A stretch of DNA of 64,000 bases from an uncultured virus (IMG/VR IMGVR_UViG_3300037092_000074) (IMGVR_UViG_3300037092_000074), one strand, 5' to 3'; shown: positions 33,690-44,390, numbered from the stretch's first letter. Numbers and translations: made by a program. Notes: a model not told the origin generated them from the sequence alone.

Positions 33690-36593
33690 ATGATGAAAAA
33701 GTTTTTGTTGCTCGCGGCCTTGATTTTTTGTCCATTATCCGGACTTTCTCAGGCCACTACCGGCTATCATCGCCTGAATCAAGTTCTTGCTCGGGCCCCC
33801 CAAGGAGTCTCGGCTCAGGTAGTTCCGTATGCAAAAGTGAGTGTAACTAGCACAGCCACGGGCCTCGCGGCAACGATTTATTCCGACCCTCTTTTGACTG
33901 CCCCGATCAACCCTCCTCTTGTGACAGCGGATGCGAGCGGAAACTACAGCTATTACCTGCCTTTGAACTACTGCGTTTCAGAATCCGTTTCGTCCCCTGG
34001 GCAGGGTTTTCAAAATATGCCCAACATTTGTTCGGGAGGTTCCGGGCTGGTGAGTTCCGGAACCATAAATCAGATTGCCTACTATCCGGGTAATGGCACG
34101 ACCCTCGGTGGGGAGAATGTCGTTTCTACTGGACAGGGAGGTACGGGCGCGATCACGGCGAACGGGGCGGTCAATAACCTGCTCGCGCCGGAAGTGTATC
34201 TGAGTGGGAGCGCATCAGCAGGCACGCTTGCGTCGAAGCTGGCCGCAGCACCGGCCAATACGAAAATTATCTTGCAATCGAACTATTCAGAGACGCTGAC
34301 CAGTACCGCTACAGTCAACGCGGCCAACGTGACTTTGCAATGCAACCCCGGAGCGACACTAACTCTGGGCGCGAATCTTGCTAACGGAATGATTGTAGTT
34401 CCCGCCGTGACTGCCGATGGGTTCACAATGAGCGGCTGCACGCTCATTCAGAATGGTTATACCGGCCAATTATTTGTGATCGGCGATGTGACAGGCGCGA
34501 CACTAAGCAGCAACGTAACTCTGACCGGAAACACAATCACCTGTAATAGCTGGCCAACGTATACTCCTTTCTGCATCCAACCTTTGTATACAGTGGGATT
34601 CCACTTCACTTGGAATACGGTCACAGCTGGCTCTACTCCGCTTTTGATGAGGGGAACAATGACAGCGTTTAATCTGGACCACAACACCATCACCGTAAGC
34701 GGCAACGGAGCGGAGACCACGGGCTTGCAATACTGGTCAGCCGCGCCGGGAATTGCGCCGATTGGCGGTCATGTGGGTTGGAATAACATCACATCGGGCG
34801 GAACCTACGCGAATTGTATCACGGGCGGCGGATACAACGTGCTTGCCAATGGCTACGTATATGGAAGTGGAGACGTTATCGAAGGAAACAACTGCACGCT
34901 GAGCGACGATCTGACTCTCGCGTACAGTCTTGTGATTGAGCACGGTGCTATTGTGCGGAATAACAACACCTACGCAAACGGACACAAAGCTACTACGGCC
35001 TTTGAGCTTCCGGGGGCGCACAGCCTTCACTTGATCGGAAACAACTGCTATCAGTGCCAAAATGTAAGCTACGGAATGTGGTTTGATGCGGATGCGAACG
35101 ACAATGTGGTGCAGGATAATCACATCTATGGATTCCTTCGCTATGGCATCAGCTTCGAGACCAATACTAAGCGCACCAGCAGTATTCTCGCCACCGAGGA
35201 CAGGAACATCGTAACTTATAATGTGATCGAGTTTTCAAACGACAACGCCTTCTCAACTGGACCTCCGCACGTGGATTATCCTGTTGCGATTGAATTCAGA
35301 ACGGATGCAAATATCTATGCCTCGGAGATTGACAGCAATCAAGTCTCCAAGAACGACATCATCGGCTGCCCAAACGTGGACTTCAACGCTACGTCAACCC
35401 CGACCTGTACAACTCAGGTCAATACGCGCGGTTTTGAACTTGGCACCATCTCGGCACCGGCGGGAAACTTCTCGTTGCGCGGCAATACGTGGGAGAACCT
35501 GGCGTATGCCTACACAACTTGCCGTTCACTCGACACAGGCGGAAGTTGTTACCGATCCACGGCGGGCGATGAGAACTTTGTCAACGTCACGAACACGCTC
35601 TATCCGGGCAGCACGTTCCTGACCACGGGATTGCAACTCGTCCCTCCATCGTTCATCGTTGGACCTGAGACTGTGGCTGGTCCGGCTGTCGCTCCGAATG
35701 GCAGCTTCGCGGTTGGCGCTGGTGGACTCGCAACGAACTGGTTCCAAGGCTGTGATTCCGGCTCATCCTGCTCTTCGAGTTGGACGGCGGGATACCAGAC
35801 AATCAGCGTTACTGCGGCTGACGGCTCAGTGGTGGAATTGGACTCGAATTACACGCCCGCGACCGGATTTACCGTCGCTACCGGGCAAACCTACCTGATC
35901 AGTTTCTACGCCGTCAATGACGGCACGAGTGGGATGCAAGTGCAGCCTGGCATTATTTCGATTACCGGATCTACGGATTACTGCACAGCCCTCTTGCCGC
36001 GAACAACCCTCACCGGAACGAGAGGTTTGTATTCAACGCAATGCACGATCAACTCCGCAGGCGGCGGCAATTTGGCAAGATTGCGGCTTTACACCTATAC
36101 GCCGGGAGGTCCGGCGATTGGCCACGTGACGTTCGACAGCGTTTATGTGGGATTGGACGAGACGCCTCCCTATAAGCCTTTCTGGAGTGTTATAGTGGGT
36201 GACGATCCGAGCGGGACGTTCACCGAAGTCTGTACCACTGCTGGTGGCGTGAACGGTGATGTGGTAAGTTTCGATGCAAACAAGAATTGCGTTGATTCCG
36301 GCATTGTGGCCGCGAACGTGCTGACAACCGGAAGCACGATCAACGCGACGGAAGTCAACGGCGCGGTCCTTCCCGCCAGCAAGACCGTTGTAGGTACTAA
36401 CTCAAGTAATCAGATTGTTGACGCATCTGGCACAACTTTGTCAAATAGTACGACCGGCAACGCCGCCACTGCAACTGCCCTAGCCGCAACACCAACCAGC
36501 GCGACAGGCCATGTAATGTGTTGGAAAGCGTCTGGCGTACCGGGATATTGCTCGACCGTGGTGGATGTTAGCGGAAATTGTACCTGCAATTAA
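33690..36593 (+). CDS. tailspike-like beta-helix protein with N-terminal signal peptide
   Basis: Repeated N.I/N.T parallel beta-helix turns, GQGGTGA linker, CBM-like C-terminal part; MKKFLLLAALIFCPLSGLSQ leader. Confidence 0.75.
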   Translation: MMKKFLLLAALIFCPLSGLSQATTGYHRLNQVLARAPQGVSAQVVPYAKVSVTSTATGLAATIYSDPLLTAPINPPLVTADASGNYSYYLPLNYCVSESVSSPGQGFQNMPNICSGGSGLVSSGTINQIAYYPGNGTTLGGENVVSTGQGGTGAITANGAVNNLLAPEVYLSGSASAGTLASKLAAAPANTKIILQSNYSETLTSTATVNAANVTLQCNPGATLTLGANLANGMIVVPAVTADGFTMSGCTLIQNGYTGQLFVIGDVTGATLSSNVTLTGNTITCNSWPTYTPFCIQPLYTVGFHFTWNTVTAGSTPLLMRGTMTAFNLDHNTITVSGNGAETTGLQYWSAAPGIAPIGGHVGWNNITSGGTYANCITGGGYNVLANGYVYGSGDVIEGNNCTLSDDLTLAYSLVIEHGAIVRNNNTYANGHKATTAFELPGAHSLHLIGNNCYQCQNVSYGMWFDADANDNVVQDNHIYGFLRYGISFETNTKRTSSILATEDRNIVTYNVIEFSNDNAFSTGPPHVDYPVAIEFRTDANIYASEIDSNQVSKNDIIGCPNVDFNATSTPTCTTQVNTRGFELGTISAPAGNFSLRGNTWENLAYAYTTCRSLDTGGSCYRSTAGDENFVNVTNTLYPGSTFLTTGLQLVPPSFIVGPETVAGPAVAPNGSFAVGAGGLATNWFQGCDSGSSCSSSWTAGYQTISVTAADGSVVELDSNYTPATGFTVATGQTYLISFYAVNDGTSGMQVQPGIISITGSTDYCTALLPRTTLTGTRGLYSTQCTINSAGGGNLARLRLYTYTPGGPAIGHVTFDSVYVGLDETPPYKPFWSVIVGDDPSGTFTEVCTTAGGVNGDVVSFDANKNCVDSGIVAANVLTTGSTINATEVNGAVLPASKTVVGTNSSNQIVDASGTTLSNSTTGNAATATALAATPTSATGHVMCWKASGVPGYCSTVVDVSGNCTCN

Positions 36594-36616
36594 GGAAGGG
36601 CTTGGAGCGGGGAACA

Positions 36617-37375
36617 ATGAAGGAACTTTCTCTTGTTTTGCTTCTCCTGCTCGGGGGTTGCGCTCAAAGTTTAGGACCCGCTAAGCCTACGGGAACTTCT
36701 GCGGTAGTGGTCTCCGAAGCCAACAATGGCCAGGCAAGCGCAACAAATTGGGGTAGCTGCGGGTCTACCGCTTGCGCGGGGGGTGCTGGAAACAGCACCA
36801 GTCTCACGCAAGCCCCGGGAATTGCCTCCCCATCTGTAAGTGGGGCCTCCATGTCCTTGGCTTTTACCTCTCCGGCAAGCGGCAACAACGCTTTGTTCTA
36901 TTGGAAGCCCGCAACGTGCGACACCTGCACATGGGTTCGTTTTGAGACCGAGGTATACGTGCCCTCCGGAGTAGCGAACTACGAGTTTGACTCCTTTATT
37001 GTCACCCCCACGCTGGATGGAATGTTCGGAAAGCAGTGCAACACAGTCTCGGGGTATTGGCAGTACGCCAACCAAACCAGCGCGTGGACTAACGGACCCA
37101 TCCCTTGCGTACTGTCAACCGGAGCCTGGCACCACCTAATATTTTCAGATTCATGGGACCCCTCAGACACAAGTTGTAGTAGTTTCCCAACCCTGCGCTT
37201 TGGTTCTATCACCATCGACGGCGTAGTAAATAGTTGGGCGGGGACTACAATCTGCGCAACGGCTATTCCCGGCGGATGGACTCACACCTTCGGATGTCAG
37301 TTCCAAATGGATTCGTCTTCCGCCGCGACCCTGACTGAGTACGTTGACGATGTTAACTGCTGGGGCGGAAACTAA
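36617..37375 (+). CDS. lipoprotein-signal protein with lectin/ConA-like domain
   Basis: MKELSLVLLLLLGG-C lipobox; GAWHHL, YVDDV. Confidence 0.6.
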   Translation: MKELSLVLLLLLGGCAQSLGPAKPTGTSAVVVSEANNGQASATNWGSCGSTACAGGAGNSTSLTQAPGIASPSVSGASMSLAFTSPASGNNALFYWKPATCDTCTWVRFETEVYVPSGVANYEFDSFIVTPTLDGMFGKQCNTVSGYWQYANQTSAWTNGPIPCVLSTGAWHHLIFSDSWDPSDTSCSSFPTLRFGSITIDGVVNSWAGTTICATAIPGGWTHTFGCQFQMDSSSAATLTEYVDDVNCWGGN

Positions 37376-37410
37376 CCAAATTAAAAGTCCATTATCCGGA
37401 CGGAGATAAT

Positions 37411-38496
37411 ATGCCAGTATTGCCAGGCAATAGCTCGACCTCGCCTACGCTTCAGCAGATTGCTCAGCAAATGAAATCGAATCCCGATTTCTACAATGTC
37501 TTGGGCGGTACTCCTGGGTACACGACCGAGCCTTTTCTAACAATCGCAAATGAAACGATGTCCCGTATCCTGGCTGAGAACATGCCGTGGAAGTGGAATC
37601 GGAAAATCATCCCCCCGTTTCTGACGGTAAGTTTGCAGCAGGACTACTGCACACAAATTACGGATATTGGGTGGTTGGAAGACGGATGGTTGGTGGACAT
37701 AAACAACTCCACTTCCAACGCGAATGGGGCCCCAAAGCCTATTCGTCCGGTTGAAACTATGCGGGACCTGGCGCAAACCAGCGCACAAGGAGTTCCGTTT
37801 GCGGTGTGTTTTGTTCCCAACAACCAAGCCTTTATGGGGTTGTGGCAGGCTAATACATCTTATGGTTGCGGGTATGGGGTGCCCCAAACTCCGCGTACCC
37901 CGATTCAGCAATTCCTGGACGTAAACGGCAACATTCTCTACATTGATTCTACCAACCTCGGGCTAAACATTGAGTCCCCCGGGTTCGTTGGGCCCACCAT
38001 AACTCCCCCCGGGTTTTATCCTTATGGAATCTCAGGAAGCACACAACCAGTGGCTCCTCCTAATGCCACCCCAGGGACTATGGTTCCGGATAATACTGTT
38101 GTTTGGACAGTCGCTGATCCTTTGGGATACGCCCTCCGAGTTAGTCCAACTCCGGCAATCAACGGTCTCGAATGGTTAGTCGTACTGAATTACCAGGTAC
38201 GTCCTCCTCAGTTACTGACCCTACAAGCCACGACTTTTCCAATTCCCAACGAAATGGTTTACCTTTTCAGGGCCGGAGTACGGGCGGCCCTCTACCGTGA
38301 AAACGGGAATCAGCAAGGCACACAGATGTATGCTGATTGGGAGGAAACACTTGTCAAAGCCGTCCGTGCCGGAGATAGGCAACAGGAAGACAACAGAATG
38401 CTTCCTGAGTGCGGCATAATGGGTGGATTTAGTCCTTTCACTAATCCAATGCAGATCGGTGCGGGCTGGCCCTATGGACCGGGACCTGGCTATTAA
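37411..38496 (+). CDS. second adaptor-like protein (paralog of 32224)
   Basis: PWKWNR, IGWLE, RVSPTP, PIPNE. Confidence 0.6.
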   Translation: MPVLPGNSSTSPTLQQIAQQMKSNPDFYNVLGGTPGYTTEPFLTIANETMSRILAENMPWKWNRKIIPPFLTVSLQQDYCTQITDIGWLEDGWLVDINNSTSNANGAPKPIRPVETMRDLAQTSAQGVPFAVCFVPNNQAFMGLWQANTSYGCGYGVPQTPRTPIQQFLDVNGNILYIDSTNLGLNIESPGFVGPTITPPGFYPYGISGSTQPVAPPNATPGTMVPDNTVVWTVADPLGYALRVSPTPAINGLEWLVVLNYQVRPPQLLTLQATTFPIPNEMVYLFRAGVRAALYRENGNQQGTQMYADWEETLVKAVRAGDRQQEDNRMLPECGIMGGFSPFTNPMQIGAGWPYGPGPGY

Positions 38497-38542
38497 GCCA
38501 ATAACTATTTTGTCCAGATAATGGACTTCTCGGAGATTTCTA

Positions 38543-41500
38543 GTGCCAAATGAACTCAGCAAAAAAGGGAGCCAGCCGAGCCGTCAGCCCAAATACGGAG
38601 TTCTCTGGAACAACAACTTTTATCAGGGGATTGTAACTCAGCGGAATCCTTTAAGAGCAAATCTAGGCCACATCGAAGAAGAATTTTACGGGTCCCAAGT
38701 TTGTCTGATCGACGGGCTGAACTCTGAAATCAGCACCAAGCTAACGCTTGTCCGCCGCCCGGGATCGTCTCCTTATCAGACAGGAACCCCGGACACCTTT
38801 CCCCCCATAGACCGATTCTACTCCTGGCACTTGTTCAATTCTGATGCGGAACAGATCAACGTTTTAGCGGACTCTGCCTCAGCAATTTATAACGTTCCTC
38901 CCGCAGGAACGGGAAACGCACACCCAACTCCTTTATTCTCCAAATCTGCGGGGGCGGGGAAAACTTCGTTTCTTGGGGTAGGCAACACTTTGTATTTCTC
39001 GGACGGGGTGGACACGAATAAGGTTGTTGGGAGTTTGCTGTCTTGGGCCGCGAATACTTCTTATAACCAAGGGTCTTATATTATTGACTCCAACGGAAAT
39101 GTTCAACTTGCCATCGGAGGCCAGACAGCTACAATAACCAACATTCAGATCGTTTCCGGAACCGCCACTCTGTTCTTCTCCCCCTCCACACAGCTTAATA
39201 TTCCTGTTGGAACAAAACTCACTCTGTCCGGCTTATCCACGGTTCCCGCCCTTAACGGGACGAGTCCCGCTGTGACCGCTGTTCCAAACGGACAGCAAGT
39301 ACAGTTTGCCGCAAGCGGGTCTCAGAGTTATTCCTCAGAAACAGGATCAGCGACAACAGGAACTGGAGAAAGTGGAGCGACACACCCTGCTTCGTGGGCT
39401 TCGGCTTTAGGAGCCGTTACCCAAGACATAAGAACAGGGTCTGGAGCCTCAGTTACCGCGACCATAGCGGCGGGGTCTGTTACCGGATTTACCGGGCTCG
39501 TGGGCGGAACTGGATTTATATCGGCCCCGGTTGTTGTGTTTTCCGGGGGCGGGGCCGGAGTCAGCGTAACAGCAGAGGCAACGGCGACGGTTTCTTCTGG
39601 AGGAACGATTACTGGTTTGACCCTGACCAACGGGGGCCTGGGTTATTCTGTCGCCCCCTCCGTGTCTTTTGTATCTACCGGAGCTCAGTGGGAGAACAGA
39701 GGCTCTCAGATTCAAAACTGGGGAATTGCTGCCCCGCCCTCGGCTCCGTCTGTAACACAGGTCGCAGCCCCGAGTATATATCCTGCCTGGGCGGCAAATA
39801 CTTGGTATGGCCCTTTGTTTGTTATTGTAGACAGCAACGGGAATTTACAGCAACTAACGATCTCAGGAACAACCAGCACTACGGGGCACCCCACGTGGTC
39901 TTCGACTCCGGGGGGAACCACAAACGATAATAACGGGGGACCCGCGACGGGTTACGCGGTCTGGACCTGCCTCGGGACTGGCTCTTGGGCCGCAAATACA
40001 GCATATAATGTGGGAGCAGTAGTTCTAGCGAATTTTTCCTATTATATTACTGTCCCGCAAGTTGTGGCAACGTGGCACCCGGAACCTTATGGGGCGGGCT
40101 ACTACACCTATACCACAATCTATGTCCAACAGCTTGTTACCGCCACGTGTATTTTTCAATGCACTGTTGCCGGAACTAGCTCAATTACCTCTCCAACTTG
40201 GGTGAACGGCGTTGGAACAACGGCAACGGACAATACGGTAGTTTGGACCAACACGGGGACGGCCCCTCTGTGGCCAGGCACCGGACAAATCCTGAGTCTC
40301 GCCACACAGATTTTAGATTCAAGCAGAAACTTGCAAAAAGTGTCTTCCCTGGGAGAGTCCGGAGCAACGGTTCCGACCTGGAGCATTGTTGCTGGAAGCT
40401 ATACAACAGACAATACGGTACAGTGGAGCAACACGGGGCCCTTTGGGGCCGCCAACACCGGAGCGTGGATTTATGCTTACAGTTATGTTAACTCTGCGAC
40501 AGACACGGTAAGTACGGCGGACCCCCAATCCTCTCCAATCACGGTATCTGCCGGAAATTTGGCCGTTATTCAGGGCTCCGGTTCGGGAGACCCGCAAGTG
40601 GACGTAATATATCTCTGGAGAACCGTTCAGGGGGGATCGGTCTTATTCTATCTTGACCAAATTCCCAATCCCGGAGCCGGAAAAACGTGGGTTTACACAG
40701 ATACAACCCCCGACACAGGGCTAAATGAACTTATCGAAGCGCCGGTAGACGAAGGAAACGACCCCCCACCCGTTGGAATATCCGCCTTAGTTTACCACCT
40801 TGGGAGAATCTGGGGGGCCGTCAACAACTCTGTTTATTTCTCCTCCGGTCCTGACGCTTTGGTCGGAAGCGGAAACGAAGCATGGGCTCCGGCCAATGTC
40901 TTTGTCTTTCCCGACACAGTCATTCGACTATTCCCCACCACAAGCGGTCTGTATGTCTTTACGACGGCGGACATCTACTTGATCCAAGGGCTAGGAACCT
41001 CCTCCAGTTCATTTTTCTCCACGCCCTTTACGGCGGGAATTGGGCTGTCTTCCTACGATGCTTTTGCTATCAATGGGAGCATTGTGTTCCTGTATACTTC
41101 AGACAACCAGATTTTGACCCTGGACCCAAGTTCGGGATTGTCCGAAGTCGGCTTTCCAATTGGGGATCAGTTTCCGACCGCAACCTTTACTTCTCTAAGA
41201 ACTCAGTTGACCTGGCACGTCTCTGGTTCGGCGGACAAAGGATTGTACGTCTCTGATTACGCCAATACCTGGTGGAGGATGTGCCCCACGCCCTCTCCAG
41301 AAACCGGACTCTTGTGGAGCCCTAAAGCACAAATCGCCGGAGGATTTTCGGCGGTGCAATCCATTGAGACCGCTTCCGGAGTTCATACCCTTCTTATAGG
41401 CCCACCTTCCGCTGGTGGTCCTATTCTGAAGCGGGACTCATCTGTTTATGCAGACAGCGGGACGGCATACGCGGCTTGGTCTATATTAGGGAGCCTGGTT

Positions 41501-41824
41501 CTTGCACAGCCCGGGCAGACGGCACACGCCGCGTTCTTCACCACGGACTCAGTTGCCGTTGGAACTCCTCTTACCTTAGCAGTGCAGTTGGACGAGATAG
41601 CTCCGGTGGCTACGGGTTATTTCGAACCCCTGACCATCTACGGGACGGACCCACCGCAGCTACCAACCAGCTTGTCCACCTTTGCACAAAGGTTCTGGCT
41701 GTCCCAAACTCAGTTGCCCGCTCTGTGCCGCCACCTTCAGGTACAAGTCAATTTTGGGTCTGATGTGGCTAAGAATGAGCTACTTAGTCTCAGCCTATTC
41801 GGAGACTGGGAGCAGGAAAACTAG
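38543..41824 (+). CDS. tail nozzle/stabilisation-like protein with inserted W..NT / T.DNTV.W repeat modules
   Basis: L.RRPG N-terminus, YH.GRIWGA..N.VYFS; position before ejection genes. Confidence 0.6.
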   Translation: MPNELSKKGSQPSRQPKYGVLWNNNFYQGIVTQRNPLRANLGHIEEEFYGSQVCLIDGLNSEISTKLTLVRRPGSSPYQTGTPDTFPPIDRFYSWHLFNSDAEQINVLADSASAIYNVPPAGTGNAHPTPLFSKSAGAGKTSFLGVGNTLYFSDGVDTNKVVGSLLSWAANTSYNQGSYIIDSNGNVQLAIGGQTATITNIQIVSGTATLFFSPSTQLNIPVGTKLTLSGLSTVPALNGTSPAVTAVPNGQQVQFAASGSQSYSSETGSATTGTGESGATHPASWASALGAVTQDIRTGSGASVTATIAAGSVTGFTGLVGGTGFISAPVVVFSGGGAGVSVTAEATATVSSGGTITGLTLTNGGLGYSVAPSVSFVSTGAQWENRGSQIQNWGIAAPPSAPSVTQVAAPSIYPAWAANTWYGPLFVIVDSNGNLQQLTISGTTSTTGHPTWSSTPGGTTNDNNGGPATGYAVWTCLGTGSWAANTAYNVGAVVLANFSYYITVPQVVATWHPEPYGAGYYTYTTIYVQQLVTATCIFQCTVAGTSSITSPTWVNGVGTTATDNTVVWTNTGTAPLWPGTGQILSLATQILDSSRNLQKVSSLGESGATVPTWSIVAGSYTTDNTVQWSNTGPFGAANTGAWIYAYSYVNSATDTVSTADPQSSPITVSAGNLAVIQGSGSGDPQVDVIYLWRTVQGGSVLFYLDQIPNPGAGKTWVYTDTTPDTGLNELIEAPVDEGNDPPPVGISALVYHLGRIWGAVNNSVYFSSGPDALVGSGNEAWAPANVFVFPDTVIRLFPTTSGLYVFTTADIYLIQGLGTSSSSFFSTPFTAGIGLSSYDAFAINGSIVFLYTSDNQILTLDPSSGLSEVGFPIGDQFPTATFTSLRTQLTWHVSGSADKGLYVSDYANTWWRMCPTPSPETGLLWSPKAQIAGGFSAVQSIETASGVHTLLIGPPSAGGPILKRDSSVYADSGTAYAAWSILGSLVLAQPGQTAHAAFFTTDSVAVGTPLTLAVQLDEIAPVATGYFEPLTIYGTDPPQLPTSLSTFAQRFWLSQTQLPALCRHLQVQVNFGSDVAKNELLSLSLFGDWEQEN

Positions 41825-42064
41825 ATGCCAAGTATATCTTCCAGACTCGCGGCGCAACCGAGCACCGGAGGGGGGACAACAACCCCTTCCGTCCCCAGAG
41901 CCCTTCCCCCTCTTTCTCCCGCAAATCCAGGCGTGAGTTCTGTTTTGCGATGCCCGCTTCCAATCATGCCTACGGCAGCGACTCCTGATGGGCTTCGTCA
42001 GTTTCAAGCCGGGGGACAAATTCCACAATACCGAATAACCCCCGCTTCTCCTTTGCACAATTAG
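41825..42064 (+). CDS. hypothetical protein
   Basis: Directly follows the upstream stop codon; Pro-rich. Confidence 0.5.
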   Translation: MPSISSRLAAQPSTGGGTTTPSVPRALPPLSPANPGVSSVLRCPLPIMPTAATPDGLRQFQAGGQIPQYRITPASPLHN

Positions 42065-42114
42065 TCCGGGTAATGGACTACGCCTGAACTTCATCCCTTA
42101 CTTTAGGAAGACAA

Positions 42115-42441
42115 ATGTTCGTTATCCCTTGGAATCCCGGTATGTGGCTCGCTCAAAACTGGCAATATGTCATGGGGTGGGCCGCCCTCCTTCTCTTTCT
42201 GCAACGTCTGTATTCTATCGCCCGTAAGTTTGAAAAATATGGGGATAAGCTTGATGCCGCCAGCGGCGACCTCGTCCAAATCAAAGACAACCATTTGGCC
42301 CACATTCAAGCAGAACAGGAAAAGACCAACGACAAGCTAGACAAAACCAATGACGCTTTGTACGGCTTGAGAGAAGACATTCGAGATGGGTTCTCTCGTT
42401 TAAGTGATAGTATAAACATATTGCTTTCAAGGATGCCCTAA
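42115..42441 (+). CDS. membrane/coiled-coil protein
   Basis: TM segment followed by coiled coil. Confidence 0.6.
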   Translation: MFVIPWNPGMWLAQNWQYVMGWAALLLFLQRLYSIARKFEKYGDKLDAASGDLVQIKDNHLAHIQAEQEKTNDKLDKTNDALYGLREDIRDGFSRLSDSINILLSRMP

Positions 42442-42442
42442 G

Positions 42443-42832
42443 ATGGTTGATCCCCTAGAACATCTTTCATCAGAATTCGAAAAGGTTCACGACGCGCTAC
42501 CGCCCATCCTTGTTCGGTTGGCGGTAATTGAGAAGTGGCAGGATCAGCACCCGGAAACTCACCGGCTGGAAGGCAAAGCTCTTGATTTGGCAAAGGCAGC
42601 AACTGATATTCACTTGGTACACTTAAACAAGACAAAGGAACAACTCGCCGAAGACCGGGCGGACTTTGTCAAGCGAGAGGTGTACGACCGGGAGCATCAG
42701 CGGATTTGCGAGGAGATAAACGACCTACGGGCAAGTCGTGACTCCTCGTCGGGAGAAAAGGGATTGCTAGAAAAGTTTTGGCCCCTGTTCTTGGCCGCTT
42801 TGATGTACGCAGTAGGACATTTTTGGAAGTAG
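42443..42832 (+). CDS. coiled-coil protein with C-terminal TM
   Basis: FVKREVY, hydrophobic C-terminus. Confidence 0.6.
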   Translation: MVDPLEHLSSEFEKVHDALPPILVRLAVIEKWQDQHPETHRLEGKALDLAKAATDIHLVHLNKTKEQLAEDRADFVKREVYDREHQRICEEINDLRASRDSSSGEKGLLEKFWPLFLAALMYAVGHFWK

Positions 42833-42849
42833 TTAAGGAAGAAATAATA

Positions 42850-43260
42850 ATGCACAATCTAGTTTTCGTTCGGCCCGTAAACCCGGGAGATACGAAGAAG
42901 TTTATTGACTGGAGTTTGGAAAATCCAAGCAACGAATTTGACTCCGAGGTTGTAAAATACCCCTCGACCTTCGTACTCTGCGCCTATGACAAAGACGGCG
43001 CGTTAGCCTATCAGCCGGTGCAGCAAGCTTTTATGATGGATAGCTTTGCTTCCCGGCCCGGAGCCTCCAAACTCCAAGTTGCAACAGCGATGAAAGAGCT
43101 ATTCCAAGAGACGGTCACTCAAGGGCACATCAAAGGGGTAGGCGAAATCTACTACCTTGGGACTGAAGCCGGTACGGAACACATGACCACGAACCAGGAT
43201 GTGTTCGAAAAGCTTCCGTGGGCTGTGTACAGAGTCAAACTGAAGAATTTAGAGGGATAA
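42850..43260 (+). CDS. GNAT-fold-like phage protein
   Basis: VRPVNPGD start, position before ejection proteins; inference only. Confidence 0.45.
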   Translation: MHNLVFVRPVNPGDTKKFIDWSLENPSNEFDSEVVKYPSTFVLCAYDKDGALAYQPVQQAFMMDSFASRPGASKLQVATAMKELFQETVTQGHIKGVGEIYYLGTEAGTEHMTTNQDVFEKLPWAVYRVKLKNLEG

Positions 43261-43986
43261 ATGCGGGTAACTACAAAAGCAGTCTACGTGTGGAGTGATA
43301 GGCAGAGTCGGTATCTTTGCGTCTACTCCAAGTCCATTTCCCGGACAGGTCCTTGGGCTCTCTGCAAGGGGGCTTCTGCTGCTCAGAACAATTTGCAGGA
43401 TACTCAAGCACAGTTCTACAACACCATGATCCAAGATACCAACCAGAGGTTTTCCGGACAAACCGCGATTCTTGGGACCCTGAACAAATCTTATCAATCT
43501 GTTATTGACAAAGGTTCCGGACAACAGGGATGGACGCCGGAGCAGTCCAACGCTATGAATTCTTCGGTTATTCAAGGAACCGGGCAACAGTATGCCAGCA
43601 CCTCGGAAGCTTTGAAAGAACAGCAAGCGGCGGAGGGTGGGGGAAACTCCATGCTTCCTTCCGGCGTAGCTTCTCAACAGAAAGCATCCCTCGCCAGTAA
43701 TGCTGCTAATCAAGTCTCCAGTGGGCTCACCCAAAATCTTCTCAACAACTACAACACGGGGTTGTCTAACTATAACAATGCTATGACTGGGGAAATGAAC
43801 GTGGCCAATATATACAACCCGGCCAGCTATTCTAGCTCCGCGACCGGAGCGGGCCAAGCCGCCGGAACTACTGCCAATCAGATTCAGCAAGCAGATGCCG
43901 CCGCAAGCCCAATGGGAATGATAGGCGGGCTGGTTGGTGGGGCGGCAAGTGCCTTCTTGGGCGGGGCAAACATGACGAAGAAGTAG
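43261..43986 (+). CDS. small ejection/pilot protein
   Basis: Q/N/S/A-rich helical sequence, Gly-rich hydrophobic C-terminus. Confidence 0.6.
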   Translation: MRVTTKAVYVWSDRQSRYLCVYSKSISRTGPWALCKGASAAQNNLQDTQAQFYNTMIQDTNQRFSGQTAILGTLNKSYQSVIDKGSGQQGWTPEQSNAMNSSVIQGTGQQYASTSEALKEQQAAEGGGNSMLPSGVASQQKASLASNAANQVSSGLTQNLLNNYNTGLSNYNNAMTGEMNVANIYNPASYSSSATGAGQAAGTTANQIQQADAAASPMGMIGGLVGGAASAFLGGANMTKK

Positions 43987-43997
43987 GAGAATACTAA

Positions 43998-44390
43998 ATG
44001 TCCGTTAACAAGTTAGAGGCCCTAGTTGATGCTCTGGCGCACCTAAAAGGGGCGGTCACAAACCCCGATGGAGACCTCTATCAGGCTCGTAATCCAATTG
44101 GAGTCTTGAACTTCAGTCGCCCAGGCAAAAACTCGATAGATGAAAAGGGCATGAGACTTTTTACGTCGTGGCTCGCCGGGTATCGTGCGGCCTGCTTTGA
44201 CGCCTCTATCAAGATTGGAGGAGAGTCTCGGTCGGGTATTAAGAAGGACGATCTGCTTGAGAATTTTCTTCGGGTGATGGGGGTGGAGCAGAAGCCGGGA
44301 CAGCAACAAGTGGTTAAGTTTCTGCGCCGGGCCCTAAAGGACCCGAACATAACAACAGAGACTCCTTTGGCATACTTTCGAGAAGAATGA
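43998..44390 (+). CDS. hypothetical protein, possibly lysozyme-like
   Basis: RNPIG...R.F.S..AG.RA resembles virion muralytic domains. Confidence 0.45.
   Translation: MSVNKLEALVDALAHLKGAVTNPDGDLYQARNPIGVLNFSRPGKNSIDEKGMRLFTSWLAGYRAACFDASIKIGGESRSGIKKDDLLENFLRVMGVEQKPGQQQVVKFLRRALKDPNITTETPLAYFREE

Noticed and set aside
33690..41824. Diversity-generating retroelement acting on tail genes
   Set aside because: No reverse transcriptase and no template/variable repeat pair seen in this window.
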